DNA from: Eledone cirrhosa
Lineage: Eukaryota
Assembly: GCA_964016885.1 (NCBI GenBank)
Contig: OZ024744.1
Location: forward strand, 76,012,001 to 76,076,000
Direction of reading: 5' to 3'
DNA length: 64,000 bases
The notes beneath the pieces were generated by a model. That model was given only the letters and a program-made list of their open reading frames with translations, made no database searches and was not told the DNA's origin. Positions 15,001 through 30,000 of the stretch are shown piece after piece. Made by a program: the position numbers and the translations under genes. The first letter of the stretch is position 1. The number at the start of each line of letters is the position of its first letter.

Positions 15001-18000
15001 TGGGACAGTCCTATTGTTGGTAGGTGTTGACAGATACATCTATATCAAGTGGGACGGACCTATTGTTGGTAGGTGTTGTCAGATATATCTATATCAAGTG
15101 GGACAGTCCTATTGTTGGTAGGTGTTGACATAGACATCTATATCAAGTTGGACAGTCCTATTGTTGGTAGGTTTTGACAGATACATCTATATCAAGTGGG
15201 ACAGTCCTATTGTTGGTAGGTGTTGACATAGACATCTAAATCAAGTGGGACACTCCTATTGTTGGTAGGTGTTGACATAGACATCTATATCAAAAGGGAC
15301 AGTCCTATTGTTGGTAGGTGTTGGCAGATATATCTATATCAAGTGGGACAGTCCTATTGTTGGTAGCTGTTGACATAGACATCTATATCAAGTGGGACAA
15401 TCCTATTGTTGGTAGGTGTTGACAGATACATCTATATCAAGTGGGACAGTGCTATTGTTGGAAGGTGTTGACATAGACATCTATATCAAGTGGGACAGTC
15501 CTATTGTTGGTAGGTGTTGACATAGACATCTATATCAAGTGGGACAGTCCTATTGTTGGTAGAGGTTGACAGATATATCTATATCAAGTGGGACAGTCCT
15601 ATTGTTGGTAGGTGTTGACAGATACATCTATATCAAGTGGGACGGACCTATTGTTGGTAGGTGTTGTCAGATATATCTATATCAAGTGGGACAGTCCTAT
15701 TGTTGGTAGGTGTTGACATAGACATCTATATCAAGTTGGACAGTCCTATTGTTGGTAGGTTTTGACAGATACATCTATATCAAGTGGGACAGTCCTATTG
15801 TTGGTAGGTGTTGACATAGACATCTAAATCAAGTGGGACAGTCCTATTGTTGGTAGGTGTTGACATAGACATCTATATCAAAAGGGACAGTCCTATTGTT
15901 GGTAGGTGTTGGCAGATATATCTATATCAAGTGGGACAGTCCTATTGTTGGTAGCTGTTGACATAGACATCTATATCAAGTGGGACAATCCTATTGTTGG
16001 TAGGTGTTGACAGATACATCTATATCAAGTGGGACAGTGCTATTGTTGGAAGGTGTTGACATAGACATCTATATCAAGTGGGACAGTCCTATTGTTGGTA
16101 GGTGTTGACATAGACATCTATATAGAGTAGGACAGTCCTATTGTTGGTAGGTGTTGACATAGACATCTATATCAAAAGGGACAGTCCTACTGTTGGTAGG
16201 TGTTGACAGATACATCTATATCAAGTGGGACAGTGCTATTGTTGGTAGGTGTTGACATAGACATATATATCAAGTGGGACAGTCCTATTGTTGGTAGGTG
16301 TTGACATAGACATCTATATCAAGTGGGACAGTCCTCTTGTTGGTAGGTGTTGACAGATACATCTATATCAAGTGGGAGTGTCCTATTGTTGGTAGGTGTT
16401 GACATAGACATCTATATCAAGTGGGACAATCCGATTGTTGGTAGGTGTTGACAGATACATCTATATAAGTGGGACAGTCCTATTGTGTGTAGGTGTTGAC
16501 AAAGACATCTATATCAAGTGGGACAATCCTATTGTTGGTAGGTGTTGACATAGACATCTATATCAAGTGGGACAGTCCTCTTGTTGGTAGGTGTTGACAG
16601 ATACAATTATATCAATTGGGACAGTCCTATTGTTGGTAGGTGTTGACATAGACATCTATATCAATTGGGACAGTCCTATTGTTGGTAGGTGTTGACAGAT
16701 ACATCTATATCAAGTGGGACAGTTCTATTGTTGGTAGGTGTTGACAGATACATCTATATCAAGTGGGACAGTCCTATTGTTGGTAGGTGTTGACAGATAT
16801 ATCTATATCAAGTGGGACAGTCCTATTGTTGTTAGGTGTTGACATAGATATCTATATCAAGTTGGACAATCCTATAGTTGGTAGGTGTTGACATAGACAT
16901 CTATATCAAGTGGGACAGTCCTATTGTTGGTAGGTGTTGACATAGACATCTATATCAAGTGGGACAGTCCTATTGTTGGTAGGTGTTGACAGATACATCT
17001 ATATCAAGTGGGACAGTCCTATAGTTGGTAGGTTTGAAATATACATCTATATCAAGTGGGACAGTCCTATTGTTGGTAGGTGTTGACAGATATATCTATA
17101 TCAAGTGGGACAGTCCTATTGTTGGTAGGTGTTGACATAGATATCTATATCAAGTGGGACAATCCTATTGTTGGTAGGTGTTGACATAGATATCTATATC
17201 AAGTGGGATAGTCCTATTGTTGGTAGGTGTTGACATAGACATCTATATAGAGTAGGACAGTCCTATTGTTGGTAGGTGTTGACAGATACATCTATATCAA
17301 GTGGGACAGTCCTATTGTTGGTAGAGGTTGACAGATATATCTATATCAAGTGGGACAGTCCTATTGCTGGTAGGTGTTGACAGATACATCTATATCAAGT
17401 GGGACGGACCTATTGTTGGTAGGTGTTGTCAGATATATCTATATCAAGTGGGACAGTCCTATTGTTGGTAGGTGTTGACATAGACATCTATATCAAGTTG
17501 GACAGTCCTATTGTTGGTAGGTTTTGACAGATACATCTATATCAAGTGGGACAGTCCTATTGTTGGTAGGTGTTGACATAGACATCTAAATCAAGTGGGA
17601 CAGTCCTATTGTTGGTAGGTGTTGACATAGACATCTATATCAAAAGGGACAGTCCTATTGTTGGTAGGTGTTGGCAGATATATCTATATCAAGTGGGACA
17701 GTCCTATTGTTGGTAGCTGTTGACATAGACATCTATATCAAGTGGGACAATCCTATTGTTGGTAGGTGTTGACAGATACATCTATATCAAGTGGGACAGT
17801 GCTATTGTTGGAAGGTGTTGACATAGACATCTATATCAAGTGGGACAGTCCTATTGTTGGTAGGTGTTGACATAGACATCTATATAGAGTAGGACAGTCC
17901 TATTGTTGGTAGGTGTTGACATAGACATCTATATCAAAAGGGACAGTCCTACTGTTGGTAGGTGTTGACAGATACATCTATATCAAGTGGGACAGTGCTA

Positions 18001-21000
18001 TTGTTGGTAGGTGTTGACATAGACATATATATCAAGTGGGACAGTCCTATTGTTGGTAGGTGTTGACATAGACATCTATATCAAGTGGGACAGTCCTCTT
18101 GTTGGTAGGTGTTGACAGATACATCTATATCAAGTGGGAGTGTCCTATTGTTGGTAGGTGTTGACATAGACATCTATATCAAGTGGGACAATCCGATTGT
18201 TGGTAGGTGTTGACAGATACATCTATATAAGTGGGACAGTCCTATTGTGTGTAGGTGTTGACAAAGACATCTATATCAAGTGGGACAATCCTATTGTTGG
18301 TAGGTGTTGACATAGACATCTATATCAAGTGGGACAGTCCTCTTGTTGGTAGGTGTTGACAGATACAATTATATCAATTGGGACAGTCCTATTGTTGGTA
18401 GGTGTTGACATAGACATCTATATCAAGTGGGATAGTCCTATTGTTGGTAGGTGTTGACAGATACATCTATATCAAGTGGGACAGTCCTCTTGTTGGTAGG
18501 TGTTGACAGATACATCTATATGAAGTGGGACAGTCCTATTGTTACTAGGTGTTGACATGGACATCTATATAAAGTGGGATAGTCCCATTGTTGGTAGGTG
18601 TTGACAGATACATCTATATCAAATGGGACAGTCCTATTGTGTGTAAGTGTTGACATAGACATCTATATCAAGTGGGACAGTCCTCTTGTTGGTAGGTGTT
18701 GACATAGACATCTATATCAAGTGGGACAGTCCTATTGTTGGTAGGTGTTGACATAGACATCTATATCAAGTGGGACAGTCCTATTGTTGGTAGGTGTTGA
18801 CATAGACATCTATATCAAGTGGGACAATCCTATTGTTGGTAGGTGTTGACAGATACATCTATATAAGTGGGACAATCCTATTGTGTGTAGGTGTTGACAT
18901 AGACATCTATATCAATTGGGACAATCCTATTGTTTGTAGGTGTTGACATAGACATCTATATCAAGTGGGACAGTCCTCTTGTTGGTAGGTGGTGACAGAT
19001 ACTTCTATATCAATTGGGACAGTCCTATTGTTGGTAGGTGTTGACATAGACATCTATATCAAGTGGGACAATCCTATTATTGGTAGGTGTTGACAGATAC
19101 ATCTATATCAAGTGGGACAGTCCTATTGTTGGTAGGTGTTGACAGATATATCTATATCAATAGGACAGTCCTATTGTTGGTAGGTGTTGACAGATACATC
19201 TATATCAAGTGGGACAGTCCTATTGTTGGTAGGTGTTGACAGATACATCTATATCAAGTGGGATAGTCCTATTGTTGGTAGGTGTTTACATAGACATCAA
19301 TATCAAGTGGGACATTCCTATTGTTGGTAGGTGTTGACAAATACATCTATATCAAGTGGGGCAGTTCTATTGTTGGTAGGTGTTGACAGATACATCTATA
19401 TCAAGTGGGACAGTCCTATTGTTGGTAGGTGTTGACAGATATATCTATATCAAGTGGGACAGTTCTATTGTTGGTAGGTGTTGACATAGATATCTATATC
19501 AAGTGGGACAGTCCTATTGTTGGTAGGTGTTGACAGATACATCTATATCAAGTGGGACAGTCCTATTGTTGGTAGGTGTTGACATAGACATCTATATCAA
19601 GTGAGACAGTCCTATTGTTGGTAGGTGTTGACATAGACATCTATATCAAGTGTGACAATCCTATTGTTGGTAGGTGTTGACAGATATATCTATATCAAGT
19701 GGGACAGTCCTATTGTTGGTAGGTGTTGACAGATACATCTATATCAAGTGGGACAGTCCTCTTGTTGGTAGGTGTTGACAGATACATCTATATGAAGTGG
19801 GACAGTCCTATTGTTAGTAGGTGTTGACATAGACATCTATATAAAGTGGGATAGTCCTATTGTTGGTAGGTATTGACAGATACATCTATATCAAATGGGA
19901 CAGTCCTATTGTGTGTAAGTGTTGACATAGACATCTATATCAAGTGGGACAGTCCTCTTGTTGGTAGGTGTTGACAGATACATCTATATAAGTGGGACAA
20001 TCCTATTGTGTGTAGGTGTTGACATAGACATCTATATCAAGTGGGACAATCCTATTATTGGTAGGTGTTGACAGATACATCTATATCAAGTGGGACAGTC
20101 CTATTGTTGGTAGGTGTTGACAGATATATCTATAACAATAGGACCGTCCTATTGTTGGTAGGTGTTGACAGATACATCTATATCAAGTGGGACAGTCCTA
20201 TTGTTGGTAGGTGTTGACATAGACATCTATATCAAGTGGGACAGTCCTATTGTTGGTAGGTGTTGACAGATACATCTATATCAAGTGGGATAGTCCTATT
20301 GTTGGTAGGTGTTGACAGATACATCTATATAAGTGGGACAGTCCTATTGTGTGTAAGTGTAGAATTAGACATCTATAACAAGTGGGACAGTCCTCTTGTT
20401 GGTAGGTGTTGACATAGACATCTATATCAAGTGGGAGAGTCCTATTGTTGGTAGGTGTTGACATAGACATCTATATCAAGTGGGACAGTCCTATTGTTGG
20501 TAGGTGTTGACAGATACATCTATATCAAGTGGGACAGTCCTATGTTGGTAGGTGTTGACACAGACATCTATATCAAGTGGGACAATCCTATTGTTGGTAG
20601 GTGTTGACAGATACATCTATATCAAGTGGGACAGTCCTATTGTTGTTAGGTGTTGACAGTGACATCTATATCAATTGGGACAGTCCTATTGTTGGTAGGT
20701 GTTTACATAGACATCTATATCAAGTGGGACAATCCTATTGTTGGTAGGTGTTGACAGATACATCTATATCAAGTGGGACAGTCCTATTGTTGGTAGAGGT
20801 TGACAGATATATCTATATCAAGTGGGACAGTCCTATTGTTGGTAGGTGTTGACAGATACATCTATATCAAGTTGGACAGTCCTATTGTTGGTAGGTTTTG
20901 ACAGATACATCTATATCAAGTGGGACAGTCCTATTGTTGGTAGGTGTTGACATAGACATCTAAATCAAGTGGGACAGTCCTATTGTTGGTAGGTGTTGAC

Positions 21001-24000
21001 ATAGACATCTATATAAAAAGGGACAGTCCTATTGTTGGTAGGTGTTGGCAGATATATCTATATCAAGTGGGACAGTCCTATTGTTGGTAGCTGTTGACAT
21101 AGACATCTATATCAAGTGGGACAATCCTATTGTTGGCAGGTGTTGACAGATACATCTATATCAAGTGGGATAGTGCTATTGTTGGTAGGTGTTGACATAG
21201 ACATCTATATCAAGTGGGACAGTCCTATTGTTGGTAGGTGTTGACATAGACATCTATATAGAGTAGGACAGTCCTATTGTTGGTAGGTGTTGACATAGAC
21301 ATCTATATCAAAAGGGACAGTCCTACTGTTGGTAGGTGTTGACAGATACATCTATATCAAGTGGGACAGTGCTATTGTTGGTAGGTGTTGACATAGACAT
21401 ATATATCAAGTGGGACAGTCCTATTGTTGGTAGGTGTTGACATAGACATCTATATCAAGTGGGACAGTCCTCTTGTTGGTAGGTGTTGACAGATACATCT
21501 ATATCAAGTGGGAGTGTCCTATTGTTGGTAGGTGTTGACATAGACATCTATATCAAGTGGGACAATCCTATTGTTGGTAGGTGTTGACAGATACATCTAT
21601 ATAAGTGGGACAGTCCTATTGTGTGTAGGTGTTGACAAAGACATCTATATCAAGTGGGACAATCCTATTGTTGGTAGGTGTTGACATAGACATCTATATC
21701 AAGTGGGACAGTCCTCTTGTTGGTAGGTGTTGACAGATACATTTATATCAATTGGGACAGTCCTATTGTTGGTAGGTGTTGACATAGACATCTATATCAA
21801 TTGGGACAGTCCTATTGTTGGTAGGTGTTGACAGATACATCTATATCAAGTGGGACAGTTCTATTGTTGGTAGGTGTTGACAGATACATCTATATCAAGT
21901 GGGACAGTCCTATTGTTGGTAGGTGTTGACAGATATATCTATATCAAGTGGGACAGTCCTATTGTTGTTAGGTGTTGACATAGATATCTATATCAAGTTG
22001 GACAATCCTATAGTTGGTAGGTGTTGACATAGACATCTATATCAAGTGGGACAGTCCTATTGTTGGTAGGTGTTGACAGATACATCTATATCAAGTGGGA
22101 CAGTCCTATAGTTGGTAGGTTTGAAAGATACATCTATATCAAGTGGGACAGTCCTATTGTTGGTAGGAGTTGACAGATATATCTATATCAAGTGGGACAG
22201 TCCTATTGTTGGTAGGTGTTGACATAGATATCTATATCAAGTGGGACAATCCTATTGTTGGTAGGTGTTGACATAGACATCTATATCAAGTGGGATAGTC
22301 CTATTGTTGGTAGGTGTTCACAGATACATCTATATCAAGTGGGACAGCCCTATTGTTGGTAGGTGTTGACAGATACATCTATATAAGTGGGACAATCCTA
22401 TTGTGCGTAGGTGTTGACATAGACATCTATATCAAGTGGGACAATCCTTTTGTTTGTAGGTGTTGACATAGACATCTATATCAAGTGGGACAGTCCTCTT
22501 GTTGGTAGGTGTTGACATAGACATCTATATCATGTGGGAGAGTCCTATTGTTGGTAGGTGTTGACATAGACATCTATATCATGTGGGACAGTCCTATTGT
22601 TGGTAGGTGTTGACAGATACATCTATATCAAGTGGGACAGTCCTATTGTTGGTAGGTGTTGACATAGACATCTATATCAAGTGGGACAATCCTATTGTTG
22701 GTAGGTGTTGACAGATACATCTATATCAAGTGGGACAGTCCTATTGTTGGTAGAGGTTGACAGATATATCTATATCAAGTGGGACAGTCCTATTGTTGGT
22801 AGGTGTTGACAGATACATCTATATCAAGTTGGACAGTCCTATTGTTGGTAGGTTTTGACAGATACATCTATATCAAGTGGGACAGTCCTATTGTTGGTAG
22901 GTGTTGACATAGACATCTATATCAAGTGGGACAGTCCTCTTGTTGGTAGGTGTTGACAGATACATCTATATCAAGTGGGAGTGTCCTATTGTTGGTAGGT
23001 GTTGACATAGACATCTATATCAAGTGGGACAATCCTATTGTTGGTAGGTATTGACAGATACATCTATATAAGTGGGACAGTCCTATTGTGTGTAGGTGTT
23101 GACAAAGACATCTATATCAAGTGGGACAATCCTATTGTTGGTAGGTGTTGACATAGACATCTATATCAAGTGGGACAGTCCTCTTGTTGGTAGGTGTTGA
23201 CAGATACATTTATATCAATTGGGACAGTCCTATTGTTGGTAGGTGTTGACATAGACATCTATATCAATTGGGACAGTCCTATTGTTGGTAGGTGTTGCCA
23301 GATACATCTATATCAAGTGGGACAGTTCTATTGTTGGTAGGTGTTGACAGATACATCTATATCAAGTGGGACAGTCCTATTGTTGGTAGGTGTTGACAGA
23401 TATATCTATATCAAGTGGGACAGTCCTATTGTTGTTAGGTGTTGACATAGATATCTATATCAAGTTGGACAATCCTATAGTTGGTAGGTGTTGACATAGA
23501 CATCTATATCAAGTGGGACAGTCCTATTGTTGGTAGGTGTTGACAGATACATCTATATCAAGTGGGACAGTCCTATAGTTGGTAGGTTTGAAAGATACAT
23601 CTATATCAAGTGGGACAGTCCTATTGTTGGTAGGTGTTGACAGATATATCTATATCAAGTGGGACAGTCCTATTGTTGGTAGGTGTTGACATAGATATCT
23701 ATATCAAGTGGGACAATCCTATTGTTGGTAGGTGTTGACATAGACATCTATATCAAGTGGGATAGTCCTATTGTTGGTAGGTGTTCACAGATACATCTAT
23801 ATCAAGTGGGACAGCCCTATTGTTGGTAGGTATTGACAGATACATCTATATAAGTGGGACAATCCTATTGTGTGTATGTGTTGACATAGACATCTATATC
23901 AAGTGGGACAATCCTATTGTTTGTAGGTGTTGACATAGACATCTATATCAAGTGGGACAGTCCTCTTGTTGGTAGGTGGTGACAGATACTTCTATATCAA

Positions 24001-27000
24001 TTGGGACAGTCCTATTGTTGGTAGGTGTTGACATAGACATCTATATCAAGTGGAACAATCCTATTATTGGTAGGTGTTGACAGATACATCTATATCAAGT
24101 GGGACAGTCCTATTGTTGGTAGGTGTTGACAGATATATCTATATCAATAGGACAGTCCTATTGTTGGTAGGTGTTGACAGATACATCTATATCAAGTGGG
24201 ACAGTCCTATTGTTGGTAGGTGTTGACATAGACATCTATATCAATTGGGACAGTCCTATTGTTGGTAGGTGTTGACAGATACATCTATATCAAGTGGGAT
24301 AGTCCTATTGTTGGTAGGTGTTGACATAGACATCAATATCAAGTGGGACATTCCTATTGTTGGTAGGTGTTGACAAATACATCTATATCAAGTGGGACAG
24401 TTCTATTGTTGGTAGGTGTTGACATAGACATCTATATCAAGTGGGACAATCCTATTGTTGGTAGGTGTTGACAGATATATCTATATCAAGTGGGACAGTC
24501 CTATTGTTGGTAGGTGTTGACAGATACATCTATATCAAGTGGGACAGTCCTCTTGTTGGTAGGTGTTGACAGATACATCTATATAAAGTGGGATAGTCCT
24601 ATTGTTGGTAGGTGTTGACAGATACATCTATATCAAATGGGACAGTCCTATTGTGTGTAAGTGTTGACATAGACATCTATATCAAGTGGGACAGTCCTCT
24701 TGTTGGTAGGTGTTGACAGATACATCTATATCAAGTGGGACAATCCTATTGTGTGTAGGTGTTGACATAGACATCTATATCAAGTGGGACAATCCTATTA
24801 TTGGTAGGTGTTGACAGATACATCTATATCAAGTGGGACAGTCCTATTGTTGGTAGGTGTTGACAGATATATCTATATCAATAGGACAGTCCTATTGTTG
24901 GTAGGTGTTGACAGATACATCTATATCAAGTGGGACAGTCTTATTTTTGGTAGGTGTTGACATAGACATCTATATCAAGTGGGACAATCCTATTGTTGGT
25001 AGGTGTTGACAGATACATCTATATCAAGTGGGACAGTCCTATTGTTGGTAGGTGTTGACATAGATATCTATATCAAGTGGGACAATCCTATAGTTGGTAG
25101 GTGTTGACATAGCCATCTATATCAAGTGGGACAGTCCTATTGTTGGTAGGTGTTGACATAGACATCTATATCAAGTGGGACAGTCCTATTGTTGGTAGGT
25201 GTTGACAGATACATCTATATCAAGTGGGACAGTCCTATAGTTGGTAGGTTTGAAAGATACATCTATATCAAGTGGGACAGTCCTATTGTTGGTAGGTGTT
25301 GACAGATATATCTATATCAAGTGGGACAGTCCTATTGTTGGTAGGTGTTGACATAGATATCTATATCAAGTGTGACAATCCTATTGTTGGTAGGTGTTGA
25401 CATAGACATCTATATGAAGTGGGATAGTCCTATTGTTGGTAGGTGTTGACAGATACATCTATATCAAGTGGGACAGCCCTATTGTTGGTAGGTGTTGACA
25501 GATACATCGATATCAAGTGGGACAATCCTATTGTTGGTAGGTGTTGACAGATATATCTATATCAAGTGGGACAGTCCTATTGTTGGTAGGTGTTGACATA
25601 GATATCTATATCAAGTGGGACAATCCTATAGTTGGTAGGTGTTGACATAGACATCTATATCAAGTGGGACAGTCCTATTGTTGGTAGGTGTTGACATAGA
25701 CATCTATATCAAGTGGGACAGTCCTATTGTTGGTAGGTGTTGACAGATACATCTATATCAAGTGGGACAGTCCTATTGTTGGTAGGTGTTGACATAGATA
25801 TCTATATCAAGTGTGACAATCCTATTGTTGGTAGGTGTTGACATAGACATCTATATCAAGTGGGATAGTCCTATTGTTGGTAGGTGTTGACAGATACATC
25901 TATATCAAGTGGGACAGCCCTATTGTTGGTAGGTGTTGACAGATACATTGATATCAAGTGGGACAATCCTATTGTTGGTAGGTGTTGACAGATACATCTA
26001 TATCAAGTGGCACAGTCCTATTGTTGGTAGGTGTTGACAGATACATCTATATCAAGTGGGACAGTACTATTGTTGGTAGAGGTTGACAGATATATCTATA
26101 TCAAGTGGGACAGTCCTATTGTTGGTAGGTGTTGACAGATACATCTATATGAAGTTACACAGTCCTATTATTAGTAGGTGTTGACATAGACATCTATATA
26201 ATGTGGGATAGTCCTATTGTTGGTAGGTGTTGACAGATACATCTATATCCAATGGGACAGTCCTATTGTGTGTAAGTGTTGACATAGACATCTATATCAA
26301 GTGGGACAGTCCTCTTGTTGGTAGGTGTTGACATAGACATCTATATCAAGTGGGACAGTCCTATTGTTGCTAGGTGTTGACATAGACATCTATATCAAGT
26401 GGGACAGTCCTATTGTTGGTAGGTGTTGACATAGACATCTATATCAAGTGGTCAATCCTATTGTTGGTAGGTGTTGACAGATACATCTATATCAAGTGGG
26501 ATAGTCCTATTGTTGGTAGGTGTTGACATAGATATAAATATCAAGTGGGACATTCCTATTGTTGGTAGGTGTTGACAGATACATCTATATCAAGTGGGAC
26601 AGTTCTATTATTGGTAGGTGTTGACAGATACATCTATATCAAGTGGGACAGTCCTATTGTTGGTAGGTGTTGACAGATATATCTATATCAAGTGGGACAG
26701 TCCTATTGTTGGTAGGTGTTGACATAGATATCTATATCAAGTGGGACAATCCTATAGTTGGTAGGTGTTGACATAGACATCTATATCAAGTGGGACAGTC
26801 CTATTGTTGGTAGGTGTTGACATAGACATCTATATCAAGTGGGACAGTCCTATTGTTGGTAGGTGTTGACAGATACATCTATATCAAGTGGGACAGTCCT
26901 ATAGTTGGTAGGTTTGAAAGATACATCTATATCAAGTGGGACAGTCCTATTGTTGGTAGGTGTTGACAGATATATCTATATCAAGTGGGACAGTCCTATT

Positions 27001-30000
27001 GTTGGTAGGTGTTGACATAGATATCTATATCAAGTGTGACAATCCTATTGTTGGTAGGTGTTGACATAGACATCTATATGAAGTGGGATAGTCCTATTGT
27101 TGGTAGGTGTTGACAGATACATCTATATCAAGTGGGACAGCCCTATTGTTGGTAGGTGTTGACAGATACATCGATATCAAGTGGGACAATCCTATTGTTG
27201 GTAGGTGTTGACAGATATATCTATATCAAGTGGGACAGTCCTATTGTTGGTAGGTGTTGACATAGATATCTATATCAAGTGGGACAATCCTATAGTTGGT
27301 AGGTGTTGACATAGACATCTATATCAAGTGGGACAGTCCTATTGTTGGTAGGTGTTGACATAGACATCTATATCAAGTGGGACAGTCCTATTGTTGGTAG
27401 GTGTTGACAGATACATCTATATCAAGTGGGACAGTCCTATTGTTGGTAGGTGTTGACATAGATATCTATATCAAGTGTGACAATCCTATTGTTGGTAGGT
27501 GTTGACATAGACATCTATATCAAGTGGGATAGTCCTATTGTTGGTAGGTGTTGACAGATACATCTATATCAAGTGGGACAGCCCTATTGTTGGTAGGTGT
27601 TGACAGATACATTGATATCAAGTGGGACAATCCTATTGTTGGTAGGTGTTGACAGATACATCTATATCAAGTGGCACAGTCCTATTGTTGGTAGGTGTTG
27701 ACAGATACATCTATATCAAGTGGGACAGTACTATTGTTGGTAGAGGTTGACAGATATATCTATATCAAGTGGGACAGTCCTATTGTTGGTAGGTGTTGAC
27801 AGATACATCTATATGAAGTTACACAGTCCTATTATTAGTAGGTGTTGACATAGACATCTATATAAAGTGGGATAGTCCTATTGTTGGTAGGTGTTGACAG
27901 ATACATCTATATCCAATGGGACAGTCCTATTGTGTGTAAGTGTTGACATAGACATCTATATCAAGTGGGACAGTCCTCTTGTTGGTAGGTGTTGACATAG
28001 ACATCTATATCAAGTGGGACAGTCCTATTGTTGCTAGGTGTTGACATAGACATCTATATCAAGTGGGACAGTCCTATTGTTGGTAGGTGTTGACATAGAC
28101 ATCTATATCAAGTGGTCAATCCTATTGTTGGTAGGTGTTGACAGATACATCTATATCAAGTGGGATAGTCCTATTGTTGGTAGGTGTTGACATAGATATA
28201 AATATCAAGTGGGACATTCCTATTGTTGGTAGGTGTTGACAGATACATCTATATCAAGTGGGACAGTTCTATTATTGGTAGGTGTTGACAGATACATCTA
28301 TATCAAGTGGGACAGTCCTATTGTTGGTAGGTGTTGACAGATATATCTATATCAAGTGGGACAGTCCTATTGTTGGTAGGTGTTGACATAGATATCTATA
28401 TCAAGTGGGACAATCCTATAGTTGGTAGGTGTTGACATAGACATCTATATCAAGTGGGACAGTCCTATTGTTGGTAGGTGTTGACATAGACATCTATATC
28501 AAGTGGGACAGTCCTATTGTTGGTAGGTGTTGACAGATACATCTATATCAAGTGGGACAGTCCTATAGTTGGTAGGTTTGAAAGATACATCTATATCAAG
28601 TGGGACATTCCTATTGTTGGTAGGTGTTGACAGATATATCTATATGAAGTGGGACAGTCCTATTGTTGGTAGGTGTTGACATAGATATCTATATCAAGTG
28701 GGACAATCCTATTGTTGGTAGGTGTTGACATAAACATCTATATCAAGTGGGATAGTCATATTGTTGGTAGGTGTTGACAGATACATCTATATCAAGTGGG
28801 ACAGCCCTATTGTTGGTAGGTGTTGACAGATACATCGATATCAAGTGGGACAATCCTATTGTTGGTAGGTGTTGACAGATACATCTATATCAAGTGGGAC
28901 AGTCCTATTGTTGGTAGGTGTTGACAGATACATCTATATCAAGTGGGACAGTACTATTGTTGGTAGAGGTTGACAGATATATCTATATCAAGTGGGACAG
29001 TCCTATTGTTGGTAGGTGTTGACAGATACATCTATATCAAGTGGGACAGTCCTATTGTTGGTAGGTGTTGACATAGACATCTATATCAAGTGGGACAGTC
29101 CTATTGTTGGTAGGTGTTGACATAGACATCTATATCAAGTGGGACAGTCCTATTGTTGGTAGGTGTTGACATAGACATCTATATCAAGTGGGACAATCCT
29201 ATTGTTGGTAGGTGTTGACAGATATATCTATATCAAGTGGGACAGTCCTATTGTTGGTAGGTGTTGACAGATACATCTATATCAAGTGGGACAATCCTCT
29301 TGTTGGTAGGTGTAGACAGATACATCTATATGAAGTGGGACAGTCCTATTGTTACTAGGTGTTGACATGGACATCTATATAAAGTGGGATAGTCCTATTG
29401 TTGGTAGGTGTTGACAGATACATCTATATCAAATGGGACAGTCCTATTGTGTGTAAGTGTGGACATAGACATCTATATCAAGTGGGACAGTCCTCTTGTT
29501 GGTAGGTGTTGACATAGACATCTATATCAAGTGGGACAGTCCTATTGTTGGTAGGTGTTGACATAGACATCTATATCAAGTGGGACAGTCCTATTGTTGG
29601 TAGGTGTTGACATAGACATCTATATCAAGTGGGACAATTCTATTGTTGGTAGGTGTTGACAGATACATCTATATAAGTGGGACAATCCTATTGTGTGTAG
29701 GTGTTGACATAGACATCTATATCAAGTGGGACAATCCTATTGTTGGTAGGTGTTGACATAGACATCTATATCAAGTGGGACAGTCCTATTGTTGGTAGGT
29801 GGTGACAGATACTTCTATATCAATTGGGACAGTCCTATTGTTGGTAGGTGTTGACATAGACATCTATATCAAGTGGGACAATCCTATTATTGGTAGGTGT
29901 TGACAGATACATCTATATCAAGTGGGACAGTCCTATTGTTGGTAGGTGTTGACAGATATATCTATATCAATAGGACAGTCCTATTGTTGGTAGGTGTTGA

